The notes under the pieces are model-generated. The model ran no database searches. It was not told the DNA's origin and was given only the letters and a program-made list of their open reading frames with translations. Below are positions 48,068 through 58,289 of a stretch of 64,000 bases of DNA, piece by piece. How positions within the stretch are numbered: the stretch's first letter is position 1; each line of letters begins with the position of its first letter. Origin of the DNA: Minisyncoccia bacterium. Lineage in GTDB: Bacteria; Patescibacteriota; Minisyncoccia; Phycocordibacterales; UBA9973. The stretch spans positions 14,179 to 78,178 of the forward strand of contig JBAQFC010000010.1 in the NCBI GenBank assembly GCA_049287045.1, read 5' to 3'. A program made the translations under genes and the position numbers.

Positions 48068-49882
48068 ATGAAAAAACAAAATAATAAAAAAAGCTTTATT
48101 GCTCAAATATTGCAGCTTTTCCGTCCATTTCGAAAATATGTTTTCATTGTTCTTTTTGTGTCTATTTTAAGTCAATTAATAGGGGCATTGTCTCCATATT
48201 TATTTGGTAAGAGTATCGATGCAGTTACAAAAAATGATATAAATTTAACTTTTTACTATTTGATTGCAGCTTTTCTTTTGTCAGTTTTTCAATCAATATT
48301 TTTATCATGGTATAGAGAAAATATTGAAATTAAAAATCTTGACAGTAATTTAGAAAAATCTTTCTCGATATTTTCTTTAAGTAAAATGATGCAATTTTCA
48401 ATTGGGCAGCATATTAATGAACATTCAGGTGTAAAGCAAACTATAGTCAATAAGGGTCAAAACTCATTAAGTAAATTAGTAGAATCCGTTTTTTATAATA
48501 TGTTGCCTAATATAATTCAAATTTTAGTAACATTGATAATACTTTCTATTTTCGATTGGAGAATTGCTTTGACAGCTTTTACTTTTGTGGGTATTTATAT
48601 ATATGTATCTTTAAAAAGAAATAAACAAGCTTTTCCAGAAATAGATGAAATAAGAAAAAAGCACCAATCCCAAGGTAAATTGCAGTCTGAATTATATAGG
48701 AATTCAACTTTAGTCATTTCTGAGGCTCAAGAATCAACTACAATCAATAATTTTAACATTACATGGAACAAAGTAACTGATTTTGAAATAAAAACATGGA
48801 CTGATTATTTAAAATCTTTTTATCCCCAAAGAATGTTTATAATATTTGGTCAATATGCTTGTTTAGGTTTGGGTGTGTATTTAATTTTGATTGGACAACA
48901 TTCAGTGGGTATGATTGTTACTTTGGTTTCTTGGTTAGCCTTAATTTTTGGAAATTTATTAAATTTAATGAGTGCTCAAAGACAACTGTTATTCCAGATA
49001 GCTGAAATTAAAAAATATTTTGATTTATTGGATATTGCTCCAGATATTGACTCGAATCCAAATGGAATAATCTTAGAAAATTTAAAAGGCGAAATAGAAT
49101 TCAAAAATGTAAACTTCGCATATCCTTATCGTAAATCAGCAAAGCAAGAAGAAGATGAAGAAGAGGTTGAAGAAAAAGAAGAAGACCATACAGTTTCCGG
49201 TATAAATTTTATTATTCCGGCAGGAGCCAAGATTGGTTTTGTTGGCATGTCTGGTTCTGGAAAGACTACAATTGTGAATCTGCTCAGAAGATATTACGAA
49301 GTAACAAGTGGAGAGATATTAATTGATGGCATTAATATTAAAGATATAAATTTGAAATGGCTTCGTTCCAATATAGGAAATGTTGAACAAAAAATTGATT
49401 TGTTCGATATCTCTATTAAAGACAATATTTTATTTGGATTACCAGTGGATAAAAAAAATATTGATGACAAAAAATTACAGAAAACAATAAAAGATGCATC
49501 GTTAACTGGTTTTGTTGAGAAATTAAAAGACCATGGTTTAGATACAATGATAGGAGAGGGTGGAATAAAAGTTTCTGGTGGAGAAAGACAAAGAATAGGT
49601 ATTGCAAGAGCTTTGATAAAGGATCCTAAAATTCTTATTTTTGACGAAGCGACAAGCGCTCTGGATTCATATAATGAAAAATTAATTCACAAAGCAATAA
49701 ATCATGGAGCAAAAGGTAGGACTACAATCATCATTGCCCATCGTCTTTCTACTATCGCTGATGCTGATAAAATCTTTGTTGTGGCTGATGGAAAAATAGT
49801 CGGAGAGGGAACTCACACTAAACTTTCAAAATCTTGTAAACAATATAAAGAGTTATTAAAACACCAGCTTTTTGGGGTTTAA
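48068..49882 (+). CDS. ABC transporter, fused permease/ATP-binding protein (MsbA-like exporter)
   Basis: Six-TM N-terminal domain, Walker A GMSGSGKTT, ABC signature VSGGERQRIGIARAL, and Walker B ILIFDEATSALD. Confidence 0.85.
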   Translation: MKKQNNKKSFIAQILQLFRPFRKYVFIVLFVSILSQLIGALSPYLFGKSIDAVTKNDINLTFYYLIAAFLLSVFQSIFLSWYRENIEIKNLDSNLEKSFSIFSLSKMMQFSIGQHINEHSGVKQTIVNKGQNSLSKLVESVFYNMLPNIIQILVTLIILSIFDWRIALTAFTFVGIYIYVSLKRNKQAFPEIDEIRKKHQSQGKLQSELYRNSTLVISEAQESTTINNFNITWNKVTDFEIKTWTDYLKSFYPQRMFIIFGQYACLGLGVYLILIGQHSVGMIVTLVSWLALIFGNLLNLMSAQRQLLFQIAEIKKYFDLLDIAPDIDSNPNGIILENLKGEIEFKNVNFAYPYRKSAKQEEDEEEVEEKEEDHTVSGINFIIPAGAKIGFVGMSGSGKTTIVNLLRRYYEVTSGEILIDGINIKDINLKWLRSNIGNVEQKIDLFDISIKDNILFGLPVDKKNIDDKKLQKTIKDASLTGFVEKLKDHGLDTMIGEGGIKVSGGERQRIGIARALIKDPKILIFDEATSALDSYNEKLIHKAINHGAKGRTTIIIAHRLSTIADADKIFVVADGKIVGEGTHTKLSKSCKQYKELLKHQLFGV

Positions 49883-49920
49883 AAATTGGAAATTACTAGT
49901 TTTTATGTTAAATTTATTAA

Positions 49921-51258
49921 ATGCAAAACAGAACATATATTAAAGATTTAGATACAAAAGTAGGGGAAGAAGTCGTTTTGGGTGGATGGGTAAATATCCG
50001 TCGCGATCAAGGCAAAATGGTCTTTTTTGATATTCGTGATATGACCGGAAAAATTCAATGTGTCACACTTCCAAACAGTGAAGGTATTACACAAGCCAAG
50101 GAAATTCGTCCAGAGTGGGTTTTGAAAGTAACTGGAAAAGTAAATGCGCGTCCAGAAAAAAATGTAAATAAAGATATGCAGAATGGAACTATTGAACTTG
50201 AAGTTCTGCAAATTGAAGTTTTAGCAGAAGCTGCAACACTTCCTTTTGATATGTCACTTGAAGGATACAACTTAGACCTTATTACTGAATTAGATAACCG
50301 AGCTTTGGCTATCAGACATCCCAAGAACCAAGCAATATTTAAAATCAAAGAAACCGTTATTGATTCTTTTAGAGAATTCATGAAACAAAATATGTTTTTT
50401 GAATTTCAGGCTCCTAGTATTGTACCTGCTACAGCCGAAGGTGGTGCAGAAGTTTTTCAAGTTAATTATTTTGATAAGAAAGCATTTCTTTCTCAATCTC
50501 CTCAACTATATAAACAAATTGTGATGTCAGCATTTGAAAGATGTTACTCTGTGAACAAGGTTTTTAGAGCTGAGCCTAGTACAACGACTCGTCACTTAAC
50601 AGAAATAATATCTCTCGATGCTGAAATGGGTTTTATTGATGGTTGGAAAGATGTACGTGATATGGCCGAAGATACTATTAGATATATTTTGACACAAATA
50701 AAAGAAAAGAATGCAGAACATTTAAAAATACTTAAAGTTGAACTTCCAGAAATGATAGATTACACACCAACAATGTCACTGACTGAAGCTCACCAAAAAA
50801 TATTTGATACATATGGAAGAGATAATAGAGGAGACAAAGATCTAAGCTCACAAGACGAAGTGGAAATTTCTGAAATAGTTAAAAAAGAAACTGGTTCTGA
50901 TTTTGTTTTCGTTTACGGTTACCCAACACGCCAAAAACCTTTTTATGTTTTCCCAAGTGAAGAAAATCCAGAATTTAATGAAGGAGTAGATTTGGTTTGT
51001 CGTGGACGTGAATTATTGAGTGGTGGAAGAAGAATAAACAAGTATGACCAGCTGATGGAACATGTGAAAATATGGGATATGGATCCAAATAAAATAAAAA
51101 TGTTCTTAGATGCTTTCAAGTATGGAGTACCACCCGAAGGCGGCTTCGCTTTTGGTGCAGAACGTATCACTATGCAATTTTTAAACCTCGCAAATGTTCG
51201 TGAAGCGTGTCTTTTCCCTAGAGACATGAATAGAATAGATGAAAGTCTTTCTGAATAA
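49921..51258 (+). CDS. aspS: Aspartate--tRNA ligase (archaeal/asparaginyl-type class IIb; probably non-discriminating given gatB)
   Basis: OB-fold N-terminus, class II motifs including FRAE and GGGFAFGAERI. About 445 aa. Confidence 0.7.
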   Translation: MQNRTYIKDLDTKVGEEVVLGGWVNIRRDQGKMVFFDIRDMTGKIQCVTLPNSEGITQAKEIRPEWVLKVTGKVNARPEKNVNKDMQNGTIELEVLQIEVLAEAATLPFDMSLEGYNLDLITELDNRALAIRHPKNQAIFKIKETVIDSFREFMKQNMFFEFQAPSIVPATAEGGAEVFQVNYFDKKAFLSQSPQLYKQIVMSAFERCYSVNKVFRAEPSTTTRHLTEIISLDAEMGFIDGWKDVRDMAEDTIRYILTQIKEKNAEHLKILKVELPEMIDYTPTMSLTEAHQKIFDTYGRDNRGDKDLSSQDEVEISEIVKKETGSDFVFVYGYPTRQKPFYVFPSEENPEFNEGVDLVCRGRELLSGGRRINKYDQLMEHVKIWDMDPNKIKMFLDAFKYGVPPEGGFAFGAERITMQFLNLANVREACLFPRDMNRIDESLSE

Positions 51259-51306
51259 AGTAGCCGCGCTTTAATCGTCGTTGCGCGGCATAATTTCGCA
51301 AAATTA

Positions 51307-53907
51307 ATGATGAAAAAATCCAAGGTAAGATTAGCTAAACATATCTTTCCATTACACTATGAGATAACCTTAAGGCCTGATTTGGAAGCGCATACCTTTT
51401 CAGGTGAAGAAATAATTCAGATAAATACAGACAAAGCTGTTAAAGAAATTACTCTTCATTCAAAAGAATTAAATATTAGTAGTGCAGAAATTATTTCTGG
51501 TAAAGAAAAAATTCAAACTAGTAAGATTACTTATAACACTGAACTAGAAACTGTTACTTTTGTTTTTTCAAAAAAAATAAATAAAGGTAAAATTATGCTC
51601 CACATACATTTTCTCGGAATCCTCGCAGATAATATGCGTGGATTTTACAAGAGTAAATATATCGTAGATGGAAAAGAACGTTTTATGGCAACAACTCAAT
51701 TTGAGGCGACTGATGCACGTCGTTGTATTCCTTGTTTTGATGAACCTTCTCAAAAGGCAGTTTTTAAAGTGCACCTAGTTATCCCAAATGACAAAACTGC
51801 TATTTCAAATACTTTGCCATCAATAATAAAAGAGCATGATGCAGGTTTTAAAATTGTCTCTTTTGATGAAACACCTAAAATGTCTACTTATCTCTTGGCT
51901 TTTATTATTGGAGATTTTGAGTGGATTGAGAAAAAAACAAAGTCAGGAGTATTGGTTCGTGTAATGACAATCCCTGGTAAAAAACATCAAGCTTCTTTTT
52001 CTCTTGATGTAACAGTGCGTTGTTTAGAATTTTATGAAAAATATTTTAATATTCCTTACCCTCTAAATACTCTCGATATGATTGCAATTCCAGATTTCTC
52101 TGCACTTGCTATGGAGAACTGGGGAGCAATTACTTTTCGTGAAGTTGGACTTTTGGTTGATGAAAAAAATACTTCTACAGCTTCAAAAGAACTTGTTGCT
52201 ATTGTTATTGCTCATGAACTGGCTCATCAATGGTTTGGTAATTTAGTAACTATGGAATGGTGGACACATTTATGGCTCAATGAAGGGTTTGCTTCTTATA
52301 TCCCATACCTTGCTATTAGTGAACTTTTCCCTGAATGGAACATTTGGGAACAATTTGCAACAGATGATTTGGCTGTAGCTTTGAAGTTAGATGCGTTAAA
52401 TAATACCCATCCAATCGAAATTGATGTTCATAATCCAGATGAAATTGGTGAAATTTTTGATGCAGTTTCTTATAGTAAAGGTGCGACAGTCATCCGTATG
52501 CTAGCTGATTATTTAGGAGAGGAGAGTTTTCGTGATGGTCTTCGATATTATTTAAAAAAGCATAGTTATAAAAATGCTTCGACGATACATCTCTGGGATG
52601 CACTTGAAAAAGTTTCTAAAAGACCAGTAAAAAAAATGATGACTATTTGGACTTTGAAATCTGGCTACCCAGTTATTTCAATAAAAGAAAAAGGGGATAA
52701 ATTAGAAATTTCTCAAGAAAGATATTTTTCAAGTGAGGGAAGTAGAAAGGCTAGCAAAGACAAAACAGTTTGGCCTATTCCACTTTCGATATCCACAAAA
52801 AAAGGTGAACAAAAATTACCTTTAATGACTTCAAAAAAGATGATTATACCTAAACCTCTCAATACTTGGTTTAAAATGAATTCTAATGAGAGTGGATTAT
52901 ATAGGACAAATTATGATACAAAAATGTTAGAGGCATTGAGCGAACCAATAAAAAATAAAAAAATATCCAGTGTAGACAGACTGGGAGTTATTCGTGATTT
53001 ATTTGTTTTTGCTGAAGCTGGTTTAATATCTTCAACACAAGTTCTCGAAACTTGTTTACTATACAAAAATGAAACAGAATATGTTGTCTGGTTAGAAATA
53101 ATTTCCGGACTTCGTTATGTTTCCAATCTTTTAGCTGGAACAAAAAATCCTGCCCGTCCTCACGATAGTTCGGGAGCAGGCGGGGAAGAATTATTTAGGA
53201 AATATGCTCATGAAATTTTATATAATATTGTGTCCCATGTTGGATGGAAAAATAAAAAAGATGAAACTCACAATGAATCACTTCTTCGACCTCTTGTTTT
53301 AGGTGCCGGTTCTTATTTTGGAGATAAAAAAATAATAACGGAAGCCAAAAAAATATTCAATAATAGAAAAAAACAACCTATCGATGCTGATCTTCGTGGT
53401 ATAGTTTATTCTACTTTTGTTCGTGAGGGTGGTGAAAAGGAATATAAAATAATTCTTAATATGTATAAAAATGAAATTATGCATGAAGAGAAAAACCGTC
53501 TGCTTGGAGCTCTCGGTTCATCACGCAATGAAAATTTATTAAAAAGAACCCTAGATTTTATTATTACAGATGCAGTTCGTATGCAAGATAGAAATAGTGC
53601 TTTTGCAAGTGTATTAGTAAATACTTACGGACGAACACTGGGTTGGGAATTTCTAAAAAAGAACTGGAAAAAAATAGGTGAGGCTTATGGAGAGGGTAAT
53701 CATTTACTAGCCAGATTGGTCTCTGTGTTGAATCGTAATACAACCAAGGCTGCGTATAATGATATTAAAAAATTCTTCAAAACGCATAGTGCACCATCCG
53801 CCGACCGTACGATCCTTCAAACTCTTGAACACATTGATTCAAATATAATGTGGTTGAAAAGAGATGAAAAGAAGATTAAATTATGGTTAAATAACTATTA
53901 TGGATAA
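51307..53907 (+). CDS. pepN: Aminopeptidase N (M1 family)
   Basis: GAMEN-like AMENWG, zinc-binding HELAHQWFGNLVTMEWW...LWLNEGFA. Confidence 0.85.
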   Translation: MMKKSKVRLAKHIFPLHYEITLRPDLEAHTFSGEEIIQINTDKAVKEITLHSKELNISSAEIISGKEKIQTSKITYNTELETVTFVFSKKINKGKIMLHIHFLGILADNMRGFYKSKYIVDGKERFMATTQFEATDARRCIPCFDEPSQKAVFKVHLVIPNDKTAISNTLPSIIKEHDAGFKIVSFDETPKMSTYLLAFIIGDFEWIEKKTKSGVLVRVMTIPGKKHQASFSLDVTVRCLEFYEKYFNIPYPLNTLDMIAIPDFSALAMENWGAITFREVGLLVDEKNTSTASKELVAIVIAHELAHQWFGNLVTMEWWTHLWLNEGFASYIPYLAISELFPEWNIWEQFATDDLAVALKLDALNNTHPIEIDVHNPDEIGEIFDAVSYSKGATVIRMLADYLGEESFRDGLRYYLKKHSYKNASTIHLWDALEKVSKRPVKKMMTIWTLKSGYPVISIKEKGDKLEISQERYFSSEGSRKASKDKTVWPIPLSISTKKGEQKLPLMTSKKMIIPKPLNTWFKMNSNESGLYRTNYDTKMLEALSEPIKNKKISSVDRLGVIRDLFVFAEAGLISSTQVLETCLLYKNETEYVVWLEIISGLRYVSNLLAGTKNPARPHDSSGAGGEELFRKYAHEILYNIVSHVGWKNKKDETHNESLLRPLVLGAGSYFGDKKIITEAKKIFNNRKKQPIDADLRGIVYSTFVREGGEKEYKIILNMYKNEIMHEEKNRLLGALGSSRNENLLKRTLDFIITDAVRMQDRNSAFASVLVNTYGRTLGWEFLKKNWKKIGEAYGEGNHLLARLVSVLNRNTTKAAYNDIKKFFKTHSAPSADRTILQTLEHIDSNIMWLKRDEKKIKLWLNNYYG

Positions 53908-54655
53908 TGAAATCATAGAAGATTCATACACCGTGAAAACACCAGGTTTTGAAGGGCCTTTTGGTTTACTTTTAAGCCTTGTTGAAGCCCGTAAACTTTT
54001 CATAAATGAAATTTCTTTATCTAAAGTTACTGAAGATTATATTCAGTACATGAATAAATTGGGTGGATTGACTCCGACTGAGATTTCCAATTTTATTATT
54101 GTCGCTGCAACTTTGATTCTGATTAAATCCAAGTCGCTTTTGCCCAATTTGAATCTAACTTCAGAGGAAGTGAGTGATATTTCTAAATTAGAAGATAGAC
54201 TTCGTTTATATGGAGTTTATATGAAACTTTCTGAAAATGTAAAAAACATGTTTGGAAAAAAAATAATTTTTGCTCCTCTTGAGAGGAAAAACGAAACACT
54301 AGTATTTTTACCTGATAACCAGATCACGAAAGAAAGCATGATGCAGTTTGCTCGTGACTCTTTAGTTCGAGTTCCGAAGAAAATTTTCTTGCCGGAAGTA
54401 GAAATAAAAAAGGTTATGAGTATTGATGAAATGATAGATAAGCTGACAGAAAGAATTCAGAGTTCTATAAAAATGAACTTTAGAGAATTCGCTGGCGTAG
54501 CAGAGACCCGAGAAGAAAAGATTGTTGTAATTGTTGGATTTCTTGCTATGCTTGAATTAGTTCGAGGAGGAATCTTGAATGCTATACAAGAAAATAATTT
54601 TGAGGATATTATGATTGAAAAACAAGTTTTAATAATTAACGAAGATTTTATATAA
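53900..54655 (+). CDS. scpA: Segregation and condensation protein A
   Basis: 251 aa, immediately upstream of scpB and overlapping it. Confidence 0.55.
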   Translation: MDNEIIEDSYTVKTPGFEGPFGLLLSLVEARKLFINEISLSKVTEDYIQYMNKLGGLTPTEISNFIIVAATLILIKSKSLLPNLNLTSEEVSDISKLEDRLRLYGVYMKLSENVKNMFGKKIIFAPLERKNETLVFLPDNQITKESMMQFARDSLVRVPKKIFLPEVEIKKVMSIDEMIDKLTERIQSSIKMNFREFAGVAETREEKIVVIVGFLAMLELVRGGILNAIQENNFEDIMIEKQVLIINEDFI

Positions 54656-54659
54656 AAAT

Positions 54660-55217
54660 ATGGATTTAGAAACAAAAATCGAAGCTATACTTTTTTGGAA
54701 AGGAGAACCAGTCTCTGTTGATAAACTTGTGGACCTTTTAAAAGTTTCAAAGGATGAAATCAATTCTGCTGTAGTGTCACTTACTGAGAAATTAGTTGGT
54801 AGAGGTATCGTTTTGTTGGCGCGAGAAGGGGAATTGACTCTTGGTACTAATCCAGAACTTTCCAATCTAATAGAAGGTATGCAAAAAGATGAGTTAAATA
54901 AAGACCTTTCAAGGTCGAGTCTAGAAACACTCTCAATCGTACTTTACAAAAATGGAGTAAGTCGAGCTGAAATCGATTATATCAGAGGGGTAAATTCTAG
55001 TTTTATTTTACGTGCACTGTCTGTTCGAGGATTGGTTGAAAAAACTGTTGATGAAAATGATAATAGGCGTTTTATTTATAAACCAACACTTGGGTTGTTG
55101 TCATTTATGGGTGTAACTTCTCCAAAAGACTTGCCTGATTATGGCGATATAAATATTTCAATTGAAGCTGCTGCAAAAAATCTAGCAGAAGAGTTAAAAA
55201 ATGAAACAGGAGTATAA
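54660..55217 (+). CDS. scpB: Segregation and condensation protein B
   Basis: Tandem winged-helix pattern EAILFWKGEPVSVDKL...LETLSIVLYKNGVSRAEID. Confidence 0.7.
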   Translation: MDLETKIEAILFWKGEPVSVDKLVDLLKVSKDEINSAVVSLTEKLVGRGIVLLAREGELTLGTNPELSNLIEGMQKDELNKDLSRSSLETLSIVLYKNGVSRAEIDYIRGVNSSFILRALSVRGLVEKTVDENDNRRFIYKPTLGLLSFMGVTSPKDLPDYGDINISIEAAAKNLAEELKNETGV

Positions 55218-56100
55218 AAATAACAATCTTTTATATTTTGTTTTAATCATGATTGCCTTAGAGGCAATTTTGTTTTCTATTGGAAATTTTAAATTAAATA
55301 CTGCTTTCCTAAAAGAAGAAAATAGAATTATAAATATTCAAAATAAATTTGCTAGTACTACTGTTCAAGCAAAAGCATTTTCTATTTATGATGTAAATTC
55401 AGGTCTTGAGATTTATGGTAAAAATCAAAATGAATCTCTTCCTCTTGCTTCACTGGCAAAAACGATGACAGTAATAGTGGCACTTGCCAGTCATGAGCCA
55501 GGTTCTATTGTATTAATATCTCCCGATGCTATACATCAGGCTGGGGATTATGGGTTTTTTACTAATGAGAAATGGAAAATAGAAGATCTTGCAAGATTTA
55601 CTTTAATTGGTTCAGCCAATGATGGAGCTTATGCTCTTTCTGGGAATAATAGTGATTTTATAGAAGAAATGAATAATAAAGCAAAAAAAATTGGTATGGA
55701 AAATACTTTATTTTTAAATACAACGGGACTTGATATTGCTGGTACAGAAATAGGCTCGTCTGCACAAGTAGGGGCTTACGCGTCTGCGTTTGATGCAAAC
55801 ATAATGGCTGTATATGCTTTAAAGATACGTCCGAATATTTTTAGTTCAACAGTGTTACCAGAAATTAATTTAAAATCAGAATCAGGTTATAGTCATAATA
55901 TTAAAAATACAGATATAGTTTTACATAAGATTCCAAATTTACGTTTTTCTAAAACTGGTTATACAAATCTGACAGGAGGTAATTTAACGATAATCTTTGA
56001 AGATAAAAGTGGTCATGAAATAGCGATAACAGTTCTGGGCTCTACAATAGAAGGTCGTTTTTCAGATATGGAAAAATTAGTAAATGTATTATACTTGTAA
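55201..56100 (+). CDS. D-alanyl-D-alanine carboxypeptidase (S11 family, low-molecular-weight PBP)
   Basis: SxxK motif ASLAKTMT, SxN (GSAND) and a KTG-like FSKTGYT motif, plus a signal or TM N-terminus. Confidence 0.65.
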   Translation: MKQEYKNNNLLYFVLIMIALEAILFSIGNFKLNTAFLKEENRIINIQNKFASTTVQAKAFSIYDVNSGLEIYGKNQNESLPLASLAKTMTVIVALASHEPGSIVLISPDAIHQAGDYGFFTNEKWKIEDLARFTLIGSANDGAYALSGNNSDFIEEMNNKAKKIGMENTLFLNTTGLDIAGTEIGSSAQVGAYASAFDANIMAVYALKIRPNIFSSTVLPEINLKSESGYSHNIKNTDIVLHKIPNLRFSKTGYTNLTGGNLTIIFEDKSGHEIAITVLGSTIEGRFSDMEKLVNVLYL

Positions 56101-56102
56101 AT

Positions 56103-57155
56103 ATGTTACCGAATTTAGTTAAAATTTTCTTGCCGACAGCTTTGTCCTTTTTCTTGGGTATTTTAATTACACCAATAGCCACACATTTTTTCTATAAGTA
56201 TAAAATGTGGAAAAGATACTCAAGAGAATTGGATATTACGAATAGTGATTTTAAAAAAATTCATAATGAGGATAATGAATTAAAAACTCCAAGAGTAGGC
56301 GGTATTGTTATTTGGGTATCGGTTCTAATCGTGACTCTTTCTTTTTATCTTATCTCAATAATTTTTCCTTCAGATAATATGATTAAACTTAATTTTTTAA
56401 GTCGTAATCAAACGTTAATTCCTTTACTGACTTTATTCCTAGGATCTTTAATTGGTCTTATTGATGATCTTATTCAAATATATGGTACTGGTAAAATATC
56501 ACGTGACGATAAATCTTGGCGTAAAATAAAAGCTCTACTTGTCGGTTTACTTTCTCTTGTGGTCGCAATATGGTTTTTCTATAAGCTTGGAATGCATTCT
56601 ATTCATATTCCATTTGATGGTTTTTGGGAACTTGGTTTTTTCTTTATCCCTTTCTTTATTATCGTATCACTGGCTACTTTTTCTGGTGGTGTGATAGATG
56701 GTATCGATGGACTCTCTGGGGGTGTATTAGCATCAATTTTTGCAGCCTACGGAGCTATTGCATTTGCAAATCATCAAATAGATTTGGCTGCTTTTTCAGG
56801 AGCAGTAACTGGAGCAATATTAGCTTTTTTATGGTTCAATATTCCACCAGCCAGATTTTATATGGGTGAGACGGGTATTATGGGACTTACAATAACTTTG
56901 GCGACACTAGCATTTTTAACTGATTCAGTTTTAGTTCTTCCTGTTGTCGCACTACCACTTGTTTTAACTTCACTCTCAGTTATTTTACAAATTTCTTATA
57001 AAAAATTTACTGGAGGTAAAAGATTATTTAGACTTGCACCGATACATCATCATTTTGAGGCTATTGGTTGGCCTTCCTATAAAGTTACTATGCGTTTTTG
57101 GATTTTGTCTGTTGTGTTTGCGATTATAGGAATAATTTTAGCAATTATTAGCTGA
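56103..57155 (+). CDS. mraY: Phospho-N-acetylmuramoyl-pentapeptide-transferase
   Basis: GLIDDL, and PIHHHFE with the IHHHFEAIGW signature. About 10 TM segments. Confidence 0.9.
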   Translation: MLPNLVKIFLPTALSFFLGILITPIATHFFYKYKMWKRYSRELDITNSDFKKIHNEDNELKTPRVGGIVIWVSVLIVTLSFYLISIIFPSDNMIKLNFLSRNQTLIPLLTLFLGSLIGLIDDLIQIYGTGKISRDDKSWRKIKALLVGLLSLVVAIWFFYKLGMHSIHIPFDGFWELGFFFIPFFIIVSLATFSGGVIDGIDGLSGGVLASIFAAYGAIAFANHQIDLAAFSGAVTGAILAFLWFNIPPARFYMGETGIMGLTITLATLAFLTDSVLVLPVVALPLVLTSLSVILQISYKKFTGGKRLFRLAPIHHHFEAIGWPSYKVTMRFWILSVVFAIIGIILAIIS

Positions 57156-58258
57156 TGAGAGAAAAAAAACCAGATAGATTTTTTTTAGTAATAGTGTTGA
57201 TATTAATTTCTGCAGGAATGGCAATGTTTATTTCTGCATCTCTTGGTATTTTTGCTAAAAATAAAGATATTTTTTATTCAGCACTTTTTAGTCAACTAGT
57301 TCTTGGCTTTGGCTTAGGACTTGTTGGAATGTATTTTTCTTACAAGATTGATTATAAATTTTGGAGAAAATATTCTTTTTATGTTTTTTTAGGCTCAGCA
57401 GTATTAACTGCCTTGGTTTTTGTGCCGCATTTGGGTTGGAATCATGGAGGGGCGACAAGGTGGATAAAACTTGGGCCTGTTTCATTTCAACCTGCAGAAC
57501 TATTAAAATTTGGATTTATAATATATTTAGCGGCATGGTTATCTTGGGCAAAAAGTAGAGTACAAGATTTTAAATTTGGAATTTTACCATTGTGTGTAAT
57601 GATTGGATTTATCGCTTTAATTTTATTAAAACAACCTGATACTAAAAGTTTGATTTTAATTATTGGGACTGGAGCTTCGATGCTCTTCATTTCAGGTGTT
57701 CCTTATAAATATATTCTAGGAACAATTGCTATAGCAGCAGTCTTGTTTGGGTTTCTTGTTGCTTTTACTCCTTATCTAAAAGATCGTGTTAATACTTTCC
57801 TAGACCCTTCGCAAGATCCTCGCGGGACTTCTTATCAACTCCAACAATCACTCATTGCTATTGGCTCTGGTGGAATATTTGGACGAGGATATGGCCAGAG
57901 TATTCAAAAATTTAGTTATTTGCCTGAACCGCAAGGGGATTCAATTTTCGCTGTTTTAGGTGAAGAGTTAGGTTTCATCGGAACTGTTGCTATGGTTTTG
58001 CTTTATTCTTTTTTTGCCTTACGAGGAATGCGTATTGCCAATAATTCTCCAGATTTATTCAGTAGACTTTTAGTCTCTGGAATTGTTATACTGATTACAG
58101 CACAGTCGTTTATGAACATCGCTTCTATTATTGGAGTTTTTCCTTTGACTGGTGTTCCATTGCCTTTTATGAGTCAGGGAGGTACTTCACTTATGATTTA
58201 TCTCGTTGCGACAGGTATCGTGCTCCAAATATCAAAGTTTCAGCAGCAGAGTGCTTAA
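57155..58258 (+). CDS. ftsW: SEDS-family peptidoglycan glycosyltransferase FtsW/RodA
   Basis: Ten-TM SEDS topology and a conserved PEPQGDSIFAV..EE segment. Sits between mraY and murG. Confidence 0.8.
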   Translation: MREKKPDRFFLVIVLILISAGMAMFISASLGIFAKNKDIFYSALFSQLVLGFGLGLVGMYFSYKIDYKFWRKYSFYVFLGSAVLTALVFVPHLGWNHGGATRWIKLGPVSFQPAELLKFGFIIYLAAWLSWAKSRVQDFKFGILPLCVMIGFIALILLKQPDTKSLILIIGTGASMLFISGVPYKYILGTIAIAAVLFGFLVAFTPYLKDRVNTFLDPSQDPRGTSYQLQQSLIAIGSGGIFGRGYGQSIQKFSYLPEPQGDSIFAVLGEELGFIGTVAMVLLYSFFALRGMRIANNSPDLFSRLLVSGIVILITAQSFMNIASIIGVFPLTGVPLPFMSQGGTSLMIYLVATGIVLQISKFQQQSA

Positions 58259-58289
58259 ATAAGTTATAAAGTAAAAGAATAAAAAGATA